Of a DNA stretch of 64,000 nt, positions 1-12,700 are shown in pieces. The notes under the pieces were generated by a model. That model made no database searches, was not told the DNA's origin, and worked only from the letters and a program-made list of their open reading frames with translations. The DNA is taken from the NCBI GenBank assembly GCA_964016885.1, contig OZ024746.1, positions 75,826,001 to 75,890,000 of the forward strand, given 5' to 3'. Numbering within the stretch: the stretch's first letter is position 1; each line of letters begins with the position of its first letter. A program made the position numbers and the translations under genes. This DNA comes from Eledone cirrhosa (taxonomy: Eukaryota).

Positions 1-880
1 GACTTTACTGATGCTTCTACACCTAACCAGCCTTCCATTAGCTGCCCTTATACTGCTCATCTAATTTGTGAAGTCACTAGAGTAGTTGTGCAGCTTGTAT
101 CCAGGAAGGCTTTCATGCCCTCTTCCTCTCTAGAACCTCAATGCTGAGCATCAGATGCAGGAACGTCTACTCGTTTGTAAGAGTAGCTACCAGCATAAAA
201 GCCTTATTTGGTTGATTTCCTTGACTTGTACTAAATGGCAATATGACCTGCCTGGTTACATCAGTTGCATATAACCCCAGGCTTCAGTTCTTTATGGTCC
301 CTAACCAGGTGTGGACCTCAACATCTGAAGCATTGTTCATGGTTGCTCCTTCCCTGATCCCCAGTCTTTGTTATTAACCAATTGCTGCTTCATTCTGTTA
401 AACACTCTGCCATACAGTTCTGCTCATTTAACATGAACTCTTTAGTTCTAGCCACTAATTCATCCATAGTTGTAAGATACCCAGCAACTTCACTGATATA
501 TGATTGACTAAGATGTTCACAAACTCCAACTTCACTGCTTATTCCAGAGTACCTAGCTAACCCAGCTGTGAAAATGTCCACCTGCACTCCCATTCATTTT
601 TCACTTCCTAGCACATAAAAACAATGAACGCTTCCTTCAATCGACATTTGATTTTTCTCTGTATCTAGCTGGTTGTTCTTGTTGATTCCTAATAAAAGAG
701 CCAGTATGCTTCCCTCTAAGTATAGAGCCATGAGACCTGCCATCCTTGCTATTATCACCAGCTTAATTTTCCTAATCCAAACAGCCATATCTCCCTTGCC
801 AAAGAACAATCTGAGAACATCATTGGTCTTATTTTCGCCAATATATTTGAATGCTCTAAAGATAATACATATCACCTTGG
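1..880 (-). mobile_element. Degenerate LTR retrotransposon (Ty3/Gypsy-like) gag-protease fragment
   Basis: The minus strand gives gag-like text (F..KGDMAVWIRKIKLV..LYLEGS.LAL; QVDIFTA). It then gives two decayed CCHC knuckles (QCFRC*GPHLVRD, CN*CNQAGHIA, about 235-340) and an aspartic-protease-like motif MKAFLDTSCTTTLV (about 75-117). Many stops and frameshifts. Confidence 0.7.
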
Positions 881-3475
881 TATTATCAGATTACTTCAGT
901 TACTGAAGAGGTCTTGTGTTATAAACATGTTGATCTAGAAATTATTGGCTGGTTTCAAAAGGGAATAAGCAACAAACAAGTATTGAAATTGTGATTGACA
1001 TCATCAAGTTTCATCTGGAATAACCCTGAAAAGAATTTCTAGATATTTCTTTCAAAACTTAAGAAATCACCATTTGAATAATTTAGACAAATAACTATTG
1101 GAAATATTTTGTTTTTATTAATTAAGCAAAATATTTAATTCAAATTGGTAATATAGACTTCGCATTTTTCTTTTTCTTTTTTTTTTTTGTACATCAAAAC
1201 TAATTGTGAATCAGCTTTTAAATTGACAGACAGTACCAAGGTTCTTTTCCAGAATTAAACTTTGGTTAAAGAAAAATGTTGATGATGTTTATAATTAATG
1301 TGATTGATAATGATAATTTTTAAAAGTGAGAATATTAATTTTCAAGTGATAAAACTTTAAAGTTAAGACTTCTAATATTGAAGAATAAGAAGAAAGGCCT
1401 ACAACACTCTAAGGGTTTCAGTGAGTTTCCATTGAAAAGCTAAAGATTTTCATAGCCAAGACTTAGCCTTCAATGGCCTGCCAGTTCTCCTATTCATACA
1501 TTCCATACGATGGTACATTTTCATCATATGTTAATAGAAGTTTCATTTGCTTGCAGTGTAGAATTGTCTGAAGACATCATAAAGCCATTTTAGTCTATCT
1601 TTCTTAGAAGATGGGACATTTCCACCCTTGAAATCAATTAGCAGAGATAAACACATATCTGATCAGAGATGGATTAAGGTTGTATGGGGCTTTTGGCTGA
1701 AAATTTTATCAGGAATATTATGGTAGCATAACCAAAATTAATTAGAGGCCCTATAAATGTCTTTGATTAGGCAAAGTCAAGCAATTGATCCTATTTATCA
1801 CGTGTGAGATAAATAAAATATTCATTTTTTTAGTGATTCAAGAATATAAAGTTAAAAAGGAATCAAACAAAGTGTAGTCTCCCTCTACACTTATTTACAT
1901 TTTTTTTTTGTTGGTTTATTTCTACCATTATCAGAAGCAGATAGGGTATAATTGAATGAATTGATCCCAGTATACCACTGGTGCTAACTTTATCAGCATC
2001 AGTCTAGGGAGGATGGAAGCCAAAGCTAATCAAGTTCTAAACTTTAAAACTACGAGGCATTGAACTAGACACCAGGTGGAATCTGATTTGGCCTGCTACC
2101 CTCTGCATTCAATCTATATTGCTATTCTTCAGAAGTAAAATGTAAAAAAAAAATAGATTCAGTTTACTTTTCCGTACAGAAATTCAATATAATTTTTCTT
2201 TCATTAAAAAAATAAACGATAAAGACAGTAATAGATAAGAAATGAAATGATCACCAATAAATAGATGTACAATATTAACAACAGACGCAAGGTGAAGTAG
2301 TGAAATATTCTCTGTAAGATTTCATCAACAAAATAGTTCAAATAGCAGAAATTTTTCTTTTAAAATCTTTTGGGTGAGGGAGAGAAAAACTTAAGAATCT
2401 ACTAATGACTGATGATAAAACCGAAAAATGAAATGAAAAATGACATTTATAGTAAACACCTATGCAGGTTTTGCTGGTCTCCTATGAGGTTTCTTAGGTG
2501 TTTTAATGATAGGGGTCCCAGTCCTATCAAGCAAAATAACATGAAATTAAGCACCTTGCTCAAGAACACAACACAGCCTGATGCAGGAACTGAACCCACA
2601 AATATAAGATCACAAGTCCAATATCCTAACTATTAGGCCATGTGCCTTGATATTGATAATTTGGATTAAATAGGATAAATCTGGGTTGATTAATGTCCAA
2701 ATAGAGATTCGAGCACTATGTTGTTGGCCATTTGAATAATGCTAAATTTGGAAATGTATAAGTAATAGTTGTTGGAGAGTGAGAATGATGATGATGAAGG
2801 GATCTGAACTTTAGCTGGTTTAAATAGGATGACGATGTAAAACAATTTGTATAATTGGACTAATCACTTCTTAAAACTGAAGAGGGAATACATACATGTG
2901 GAATATGAAAATACATATGAAACGTTAAAAAGATAATGATTCAGAGAATGTATGTATGAACCCGTAACTCCTGATGGAGTTGTGGGGGTGCCATTGTGAC
3001 ATGGCATGTCTTAGGTACTTTAAACTTGGTGGAGCCCATCACTTCTATAGGTCTGAACACAGCCGATTTCTTCCAGAGAAAGCGAGAGAGTGAGAGAAAG
3101 GAAGTGAGAAAAAAATATAGAGGAATAATCAACTCCAGTACTGGACTAGTACTTTTTAAAATCTATCTCGAAAGGATGAAAGGCAAAGCTGACCATGGCA
3201 AGATTTGAACTCAGAGAGCTGGAACAAATACTGCAAAGCATTCTATCTCATGTTCTTATGACTGCCAATTTGCCACCTTCAGAACAAATATATCTGTATA
3301 TAAAAAGAAAAGTGTTCCAATATTAATACAACAATGGGAATGGTTTAAAAAAAAAAATTATGATAAACTGTGGTGGAGTACTGAATAGGGAATTAAAAAT
3401 GAATATTTTGTTTTTATATTCGTTTATATTGTTTTGTCACCTTTCTTAAAAATTAACATATATAATTCAGACTAC

Positions 3476-3748
3476 TTAAAGAGCAGTATTCTGATCTAAA
3501 CCAACTTTGATATCTTTTGGTGACTGACTGGGCTTCAACAAGGAACCCTGTTCAAGAAATTCATTAAGTTCTTGCTCTATGTCCATTGGTAAAACAGACT
3601 CTTCTTGTCCAACAGCAGCATTCAACAAAGCTTGACCATTGTCATCATCATCTAGATTGTAAGGATCTAGGAGATCATCAATTGGGTTGTTTGAAATGCC
3701 CATTGCATTACGGAGAGCTTTAACACTGACAACAGCACCTGGATTAGC
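3476..3748 (-). CDS. BRD7: BRD7/9 exon 16 (terminal coding exon)
   Basis: ANPGAVVSVKALRNAMGI..DIEQELNEFL..TAL*; TAA at 3478-3476. Confidence 0.9.
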   Translation of the reverse strand, partial: ANPGAVVSVKALRNAMGISNNPIDDLLDPYNLDDDDNGQALLNAAVGQEESVLPMDIEQELNEFLEQGSLLKPSQSPKDIKVGLDQNTAL

Positions 3749-6700
3749 CTGAAAAATATATCAGATTTAAGAATAATACTAAACCCAATACTCAAGCTGT
3801 CACATAACCCTTTTTTAACCATATTTCTAATGGAATACACACTATTTCAATGAATTAATGAAAAATTTTGAGGGATTTAATAAAATAATTATTTCATTAC
3901 CAAGATAGAAATTTTATATATGGTTCTTATATAAAATTATGTTGAAAGATTTTAATTTAAAAAGGAACCTTCTGAAATGGGTGGTTTTGTTTCACAGAAA
4001 CAGCCAGTTTTGACTAGGTTGGTACCAAAAGGGTTCAAAATTGAATGTTTAACCTTTTTGATATGAAATTGCCTGAAACCATCCCTGGTTCTGTGAAATA
4101 AATCTGTTTGTGTTAATGTGTTTATATTTATCTAAAAACTGCCCATCATAATTTTATGTAAGAATCTTTAAGTTATGTTGTAAACATCATATAAATAACG
4201 AGAAAGATACTTTACTTAATCCTTTCTAATTCTTGATCATTTTCAATATAATTTGAAAATCATAGGCAGTGTCTTTTATTAGAAATATAATAATGAAAGG
4301 GTTAAAAGTAAATTTTTCTTAGAGGAAATTTAAATAGTAAAAATTAAATTACATGTAGTTAGGGAGAAAGATAATCGAGATAACGGTGGATATATAACAA
4401 TTTACCTGTTTGGCTAATTCTCGCAGTTCTTGAGTTACTTTATTGGCTGAAAATTGAGAAAAAAATGGCCTCATTAAAGATTAATTAAACACTGAATGCT
4501 ATTGCTATTACACAACAGAAGGGTTCTCCTTCAACTTTGACAACAAACTATGTACATAGAAATATTTTATTTCTACTTAATTAGCAAGTAAAAAAATATT
4601 TCAGATGATATGTGGGCACAAGCATGGCTTATGCAAAAGGCATGGTTGTGTGGTTAAGAAGTTCACTTTGCAGCCACAAGGATTTGGGTTTGATTCCACC
4701 ACATGGAACTTTGGGCCAGTGTATTCTACTGTAGCCTCAGACTGACCAATGCCATGTCAGTGAATTTCGTAGATGGAAACCTGACATGGAGAGACAAGAA
4801 TCCTAATGTTTTTGAACATTGCACTTGATTGGAGGAAGACAAATTACAATGTACAAACATACCTAAATTTGTGACTGGCTAATGTAAACCACGTGTTTTA
4901 ATATACAATATATATAACTAGCAGAGTAACCCACTGTTTGTTGCCAGGCAATCTTCACCATATAATGCCTTTCTTTCAATTTTTTTTATTCCATGTCAGA
5001 CCATGTCTTCTCCATGCCTCATCTCCCTTTACTTATTCCCCGTGAATTGTTAATCATCCCCAAGGTGGTTTCTATGGAAATTTACTCAGTGGAGCTACAT
5101 GTTGAAGTGGTATCAGTGGCTTTTAGTGTACTTTAGTGAGTGTCTTCATGTAAACATAGATGGAATAAGGTCACGTTGAAGGAATGCATGAAATGATCAA
5201 GAAAAACCAAACTATTTAAATTGTCACAGTGATTGATAGTATCACTATTTTCTATTTTGTCTTTCTTTTATTCTTTTCAGAATTAAGAAACTCCATGTTT
5301 CCAAAAACCTTCTTGAGATACGGATTTCGAAAATCTAGGACACACTGTTTTAGAGCCTTTTGGTGACATACACATGTACATACATACACTCTAAAATATA
5401 TAGTAGATAGTGTGAGCACAGTATGGTTAAGTTAAGAAGTTCACTTTGCATCATTAGGTCATGGGTTCGATCCCACCATGTGGCTTCTCAGGCAAATTTC
5501 ATTTGCCATAGCCTAGGCTCCATCCTTGCAAGTTAAATTGTGTAGTTGGAAACTGTTTGGAAGCTTGTTGGATGGACAGTACCTGTAATTGAAAGAGTCA
5601 GCCTTGTCACACTGATTCATGCTGAATCTCCCTGAGAGTTACATTATGGGTACACGTGTCTGTGAAATGCCCAGTCACTTACATGTTAATTTCATGAGCA
5701 GGCTGTTACATTGATTGAACACCTGGAACACTTGTCAAAACTGATGGAGGTCCATTCCATATATATTAGTTATATGTCAGTGTTGGACAGGATGCCTTGT
5801 GGTATCTGTTTTGGCTTTTTGTGATCTGGTGGCAAAAGCTGTGATGACACTGGTGCCAAGCTGTATCAGCTTTGCCTTTCCCTTGGACAGCATTAGTTGC
5901 CCAAGCATGAACAGGAACTTTCTAGATGCAGATGCTCAGATCATCTATAACAGACAACCAAGGCTATTGATATATATTAGTTTACTCACCAAGTTGTGCT
6001 TCCTTTTGTGAAGGCCCAGGAACAAAAGCCAGATGAACTGGTGGTTTAGCACTGAGACGATCATGTTGTGTGGAATGTAGATCTTGAATAAGACCTGCAG
6101 TGTAGTCTAACTTTTGCTGTAATTCTTTCTCTTTGCTGATTTCCTTTTCTGTAAAAGATTAATTCAAAGATTTGTGTGCCATTTATTTTTTAACCTTTTT
6201 GTGAACATATTTCGAATGAAATACACATATTTCAATTAATGAACATTTTTTAAGGAGATGACGTCACGCATTAGAGAATACCTAGCTGAAATGCTATCAT
6301 GAAAAGTAATGTAAAATGAAGTGTGTTGCTTAAGAACACAACAGGCTGTTTAGTCAAGAATTGAACCCATGGTCAATATAACTATGATCTCAACAGCCTA
6401 TAACTAAATCATACACCTTCACAATTGTTTAACAGATAAACTTGTATGAAAACTTACCAAAATGATCCAGGAATGATAGATCCATTCCAAGGTCACTTGA
6501 CAAAGTTTTTAGAGATTCAAAGTCAACATCATATGGGTCCTAGTGGAAATAAGAAAAACACAGCATTACATATAATAATAATGACATTAGAAGAACAAAT
6601 TGGAGTTAACAACACCGCTGCCACTGCCACTGCCACCACCTCCACATCTCTTTGCCAGACACTTAGTATAGGCCTTATCGAGCAGATTTGCCATTGCTTA

Positions 6701-9700
6701 GGTGCCTTTCCAGAGATCCAGGCCACCCAGCACACGAGTCTGCCAGAGAATACCTCCTCTATTTAAGGCTTTTAACATTTCGGGCCGGATTTTATTTCCC
6801 CCAGTGGACTTGCCACATTTGAGCTCTTCAACTGTTCTTGTGACCTTAGCCTCCAAGATGCACCTTATGTACATCAGAAGATGCTGTTGTGATTGGGTTT
6901 AGGAGATCAGCAAAGTATTCTTTGGGTGAAGAAGTAGAAATAGACACACACAGCCAACAAAGTGAGTGAACAATAACAATAAAAATGAATCAGATCTTTC
7001 ATTAATTTGGTTTCAGTCATTCAATTGGTCTGCGGTCATACAGGGGCGATGTCTTAAAAAGTTTTGGTGATCAAATCAAAGCCAGCACTTATTACAGTCT
7101 ATTACATTTTATCGATCTCTATTTGCCAAACTACTACATTAAGGGTAGAAAGCAAGAAATTAGAAATTACACATACACTGAATATAAACGTGTTTCAAAT
7201 AATATATTTATGCACAGTTGCAATTGTCATTTACCAAGAAGTTGTCCATTAACTGAGTCAACTCTTTCTTGAGCATTGTTGGTTACTACTAGTAATAATT
7301 CTTTCTAAAATTGGCACAAGGCCTGGAGAAAGGGGAAAGTCGATTACATTGACCCCTATTACTTAACTGGTACTTTATTTTATTAACTATGGAAAGATGA
7401 AAGGCAAAACTGACTTCGGTGGGATTTGAACTCAGAATGTAAAAAGTCATAATTAAATGCCACAAAGCATTTTGTCAGACATTTTATCAATACTGCAAAT
7501 CCACCACCCTACTACTGCAAATAATAATTGATGATGATAATTAAAGTGAAGTAATTATATATCAGTTACCTGTGAGCTTGTATCTGCACTAGCAGCAGCC
7601 ATTGCTTGGTCAAGTTCAGCGGCAGCCTGGGCTTGCTTCTTACTTTCTTCTTTCTTCCGCTGCAACAAATTAAATATTTATATATATACACACATATACA
7701 AAATATGACAGAGAGCAAGAGAGAAAGAGTGTACAGAGAAAATAGTTCTTTATATTTATTCTAGAAGAGTCATCTCTTATTCATATATTTACTGTTGTAA
7801 AACTACACCCCCACACCAACACACACACCACCACCACCACCATACAACTAGACCAGGGTTTCCCAAACTTTTTCAATCACAGAACCCTTTTTGGTTCAGA
7901 AACTTTTAGGGGAACCCCAAAATCTAATACTGTTATATGGTTGTAATATAAATATACTCTTCTATCATTTTTCACGGAACCCCATACACTCCTTTGCAGA
8001 ACCCACTTTGGGAACCATTGTTCTAGACTAATTAAACTGTAGTAGCGCTAAAATATCTTAATTTTTAACTCTAACCCTAGCATTACTACTACTACTGTGA
8101 TTTTGGTGGATTGTATGGCAACTAGCCTGCAAGGTTTGAGAATTCCTTCTTGGCATGAACCCATCACTTCACTACAGATAACCTCATGAACCTTCTTTAT
8201 TTCAGGCATGGAAAGATTGCACCAATTTCAATATAAATTCCGCCTCCTTTCTCAAGAATCCATCCATCTTTTCCAATAGATTTCCAAAACTTCAGAGCTC
8301 TGACCATTAATGTATGCATGATGAGAGCAAGATCAGGTGAGATTGTAGATAAGAGAGAGTGAAAGAGAGCGGACCTGTGTTGTGTACAAGAGACTAGGTG
8401 GAGAGGAGGATTAGCTAGATTCCTTGTTGGCAAAGAATGATTCTACAAATTTTTCTGGGTGGGCAACAATTACAAGCTAAGTAGAGTAGGTATTCTGTTA
8501 ACAAAAAAATGGGTAGATAATCCAATTGCAGTAAACAGAGTGAATGACAGAATTATTAAACTCAGGATAATCCTAGATAGAACAACTGTAACTATTATAT
8601 CTGCATATGCACTACAATTGGAATTATCAGATGAACTAAAAGACAACTTTTATGAATCCCTAATACATACTACTTCTCTAGTGGATAGCAAGGAACTCTT
8701 AATTATAGCAGGAGACTTTAATGGATATGTTGGGCAACACTATGATGGCTTCTACAGGATCCACTGAGATTTTGGGTTTGGTGCAAGACATGGGAAGGAT
8801 CCAGGTTCCTGGAATTCTGTGACACCAATGAAATAATGATCTGAAACACTAACTTAAAAGAACTAAACAACCACTCGATCACCTTTAGATCAGGTGAGCA
8901 CACTAGACCAGTGGCCCCCAACCACTGGGTCACTCAAAAAGAATAAAACCTTTTTTTTACATTTTATTGACTATCACGGTCTACCTTATGTTGAGTCACA
9001 TTTACAGAATAAATGTAATAATTAAATTAATAATAAAAATATATAATATGCACTTTATTGTTTACTGTGTTTTGGTATGCACGTGACCTCCCCACCCTCG
9101 GTCTGTGTTGCAAAAAGGTTGGGATTGCTGCACTAGACAAATAGATTTTATCCTCACCAGAAGGCGAGATAGAGAGTGATGGTTGTAAATACAAAATCAC
9201 TTCCTGGTGAGGAGTGCACCTCCCAACAAAACCTAGTAGTTAGCAATTTTATAGTTAGGGCTAGAGGAACTCGGAGACAGAGGGCAACCTGAAACAGAAG
9301 GATATAGAAGTTGAAGGAGCCCTTAGCGCCAGTAACATTTTAGGAACATCTTGGTCGACGCTTTTGACAATAAGGAAGAAGAAATAGTGACATACAATAA
9401 AGAGGAGCAGTGGGAATTCTTGAGAGATAATCTGAAGGATTTACTAAAATTATCAATTACTTCCTTAAGATAATTACAAACTTAACATGAATTTAATATA
9501 AAATTATCTAGGAAGATTTTAATTTAAATAGGAACCCTTTAAAATGGATGGTTTTGGCAGGGTTGGTATCAAAAGAGTTAAAAGAAGAGAAAATGTATGA
9601 AATATATTAAACAAGAATACAAATATACTCCTCCCTTACTTGATCAATTTGTCCTTGCACACGGCTGTGTTCTCCATTTGTCAGGACATCTAAAAGATTG

Positions 9701-12700
9701 TCAACCATTTTGATGGTGTAATCCCCAGTGGAATCAGCAAAGGCCATTATACTTAACAAAAGAAAAAAAATGGTTCAGTATGTTACGTGAATATTACTGT
9801 TCAATAGAGGAGAATCAATTATTATTTTAATTGTAAATGTGGTTGGTGTTAGGAAGGGTAACCAGCCGTAGAAACAAAGTCAGAAACAGTTTTGTGTGAG
9901 CAAGACACAGTCACTTGACCCAACTTGCCTCAAACGGGACAACCCGTCTAACCCATGCTAGTGTGGAAAAATGAACGTTAAACGATGATGATGAGTGTAA
10001 AATAGAGGTTGAAAAAAAAACATCCTCTAATTAACATAATTACATTGCATATAAGTTCATTGTGTATATCTAAACAGGGTTTTATAGGTTTACAAACTTT
10101 TTTTCAAAAGAACATAATGCAACACTTAACAATCAATATTAGATTCAGCACTTTATGCATTCAGTTATATTTTATTCTAGTAATTCAATTATTTTCTTTT
10201 GTTAATTTTTTTTCTATTTAATTTTATACATTACATACTGAAATATTTGCAACTAATAAAAAAACAATAACAAAACAACAACAAAAAGTAAACTAAGAAA
10301 AATTTACCTTTTGGCATACTGTACTCCTGTTTCATCCCCATAAGTTGTCATAAGCATATCAGATTCTTCTTTAGTGATGTTGGCAAAGGAGGAGTCAAAT
10401 GATGGAGCATAGCTACTGAATGGACCGTAGTTAAGATATGTCACTAAAATAGAAAACACAGATTATAAATAACAGCAGTAGCAAGTATTTTGAGACCATT
10501 TTAGACTTGCTGGCCCCATAAAAGGCTTCATGTTCATCATGGGGTTCTCTTTGAAGTAATGTTTTACGATCAGATGTCCTTACTGGCACTAATTCTGTTA
10601 GTTGCCTTATATGACATGCAGGGACATAGTATACCAAATCTTCAAGTGTTAAAGTAGTTCTTTCTATAAAAGTACAACAATGATGCTGGTGACATCTCTG
10701 CCACCACTACCCCTACTAACAATAACTACAATTAATGTGAGACATAATTGAAAACAACATTCAATGCAGTTACATTAAATGACAATGTCTATAAGACTCA
10801 ACAGATTACAGAGGATTATACAGAAACAAACAGAATAAGACTTATGATGGTCCTTAACCTTTTTTATGACTATATTTTTAATGAAATATATTATTTCAAT
10901 TAATTAATTAAGAATTTTGAGGGATTTACATTGGTGGCATTAGCTGTAACAGGCCTAGTAAGCCGATAATGGAAAATAAACCTGCTAACAAAAACTTCTG
11001 GACTGACGGGTCATAGGCTTCCCTGGTGTTCTATGAAGATGAAGTCTAAAACAGTATGTTAACATATAGTTCTTATATAAAATTATGTTGGAACACTTTA
11101 AACCCTTTAAAATAAGTGGTTTTGTTTCATAGAACCAGAGTTGTTTTTTGTTTGGAATGGTATCAAAATGGTTAAAAAGAGAAACTATCTATTAAAATCT
11201 ATTTGGTTCAGTAATGGATATGTTAAAGTTTTTAAAATTACAAAGTCATTTATGAAAAATGAAAAATACCAGGAGAGATCTTGTTGCGTTTATCCTCCTT
11301 AAAACCTGTGAGAACTCCTGTGCCATTTGTTAATTTTGATGCCAAGGCTCCAAGGTTCACAACTTTCTCATTATCACCCACTGAAATTGAATAAATAAAT
11401 GATGCTTGATATATTGTGAATTATGATAGAAAATAGAATGAAAAATTAAAGGAAAGAACAATATACAGTACAATAAACATTATAAGGACATTCTTACCAG
11501 ACAAAGTAGGTAAAAGACAAGTTTTATATCTATCATGAGGTAATGTTTTAAGGCAATATGCCCTTCCTGGTACCAACCCTTTTAGTTGCCTCATATAACA
11601 TGCAGGGATGTGGTGTACCTATTCTAAACACAAGTATCATTTCACACGAACCTTTGTTGTTCATGTGGATACTAGCCTCATCTCTCTGTAAGTATATAAA
11701 TGCTTGCATATATTTTTGAAATGGGGATATTTACCATGCATTAATCCACAGCAAAATATATAGTTTGTAACCCAACAGTCATATATTGCATCAATATATA
11801 TGAATCAACAAAATAATACCAATGATGAAATACAAGTTCAAATATAGTTGGGTTGTTTACATATGTTCTGGTTTTGGCATGAATTCTACAGTTAGATGCC
11901 CATCTCGTCACCAAACACTTTAAAGAGTGTACTGGGAGCAACTGAAGAGCCTTTTCAACCCTTTATTTGGCATGGTTTCTGCAGATGGATGTCCTTCCTA
12001 ACACAAACTACTTTACTGAGTGTACTGGGTATATTTTATCATGGCACTAGCACTAGGGAAGTTGTCATGTCCTTGATACAATTGAAGAGTCCTCTCAATT
12101 CTTTGTTTGACATGGTTGCTACAGCTGGATGTTCTTCCTAACATCAACCATTTTACAAAGTGCATCGGGTGAATTTTTCATGGTGCTAGCACTAAAGAGG
12201 TTGTCCAGTCCATGATGTGACCGAAAAGATCTCTGAATTGAAAATCACAAGAGCTAGGTCGACCTTTTAGCTCTACATTGAAGTAAGTCAGTATTGAACA
12301 CTGACCTAAGTGGAAACTTATGAGTAAATAGGTGGCTCAATGTGCAGAAACTGAACTCTTAAACATGAGGATAATTTTATTTGAAGATAATTTGTTAAAT
12401 AAAAGTAATAATAACAATAAAATTAATCCTTACCTTTTCCCTCATTTTCTGGGTTCAAAATAGTCAAAGATGTACTACCATCTTTCCTTCGTCTTAAGAA
12501 ACCATACTTAAAAGAATAAGAAAACAAACAATACATAACTGTACAATGTAAGTTATTAGATTTAAATGTAGGATTTCTCATTATTTATAGATTAATTCAT
12601 TTCTATGATTTTTATTTAGATTTATTTTAGACTGTGATGAACTGGAAAAGCATAGTGATAGTGGAATGAAGCGAGATGTAAGCCCCTAGCCCTACAGAGA

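Noticed and set aside
4640-4780. tRNA genes (also about 5420, 42535, 53930, 56840)
   Set aside because: A/B boxes are present, but there is no cloverleaf and they run into SINE body sequence.
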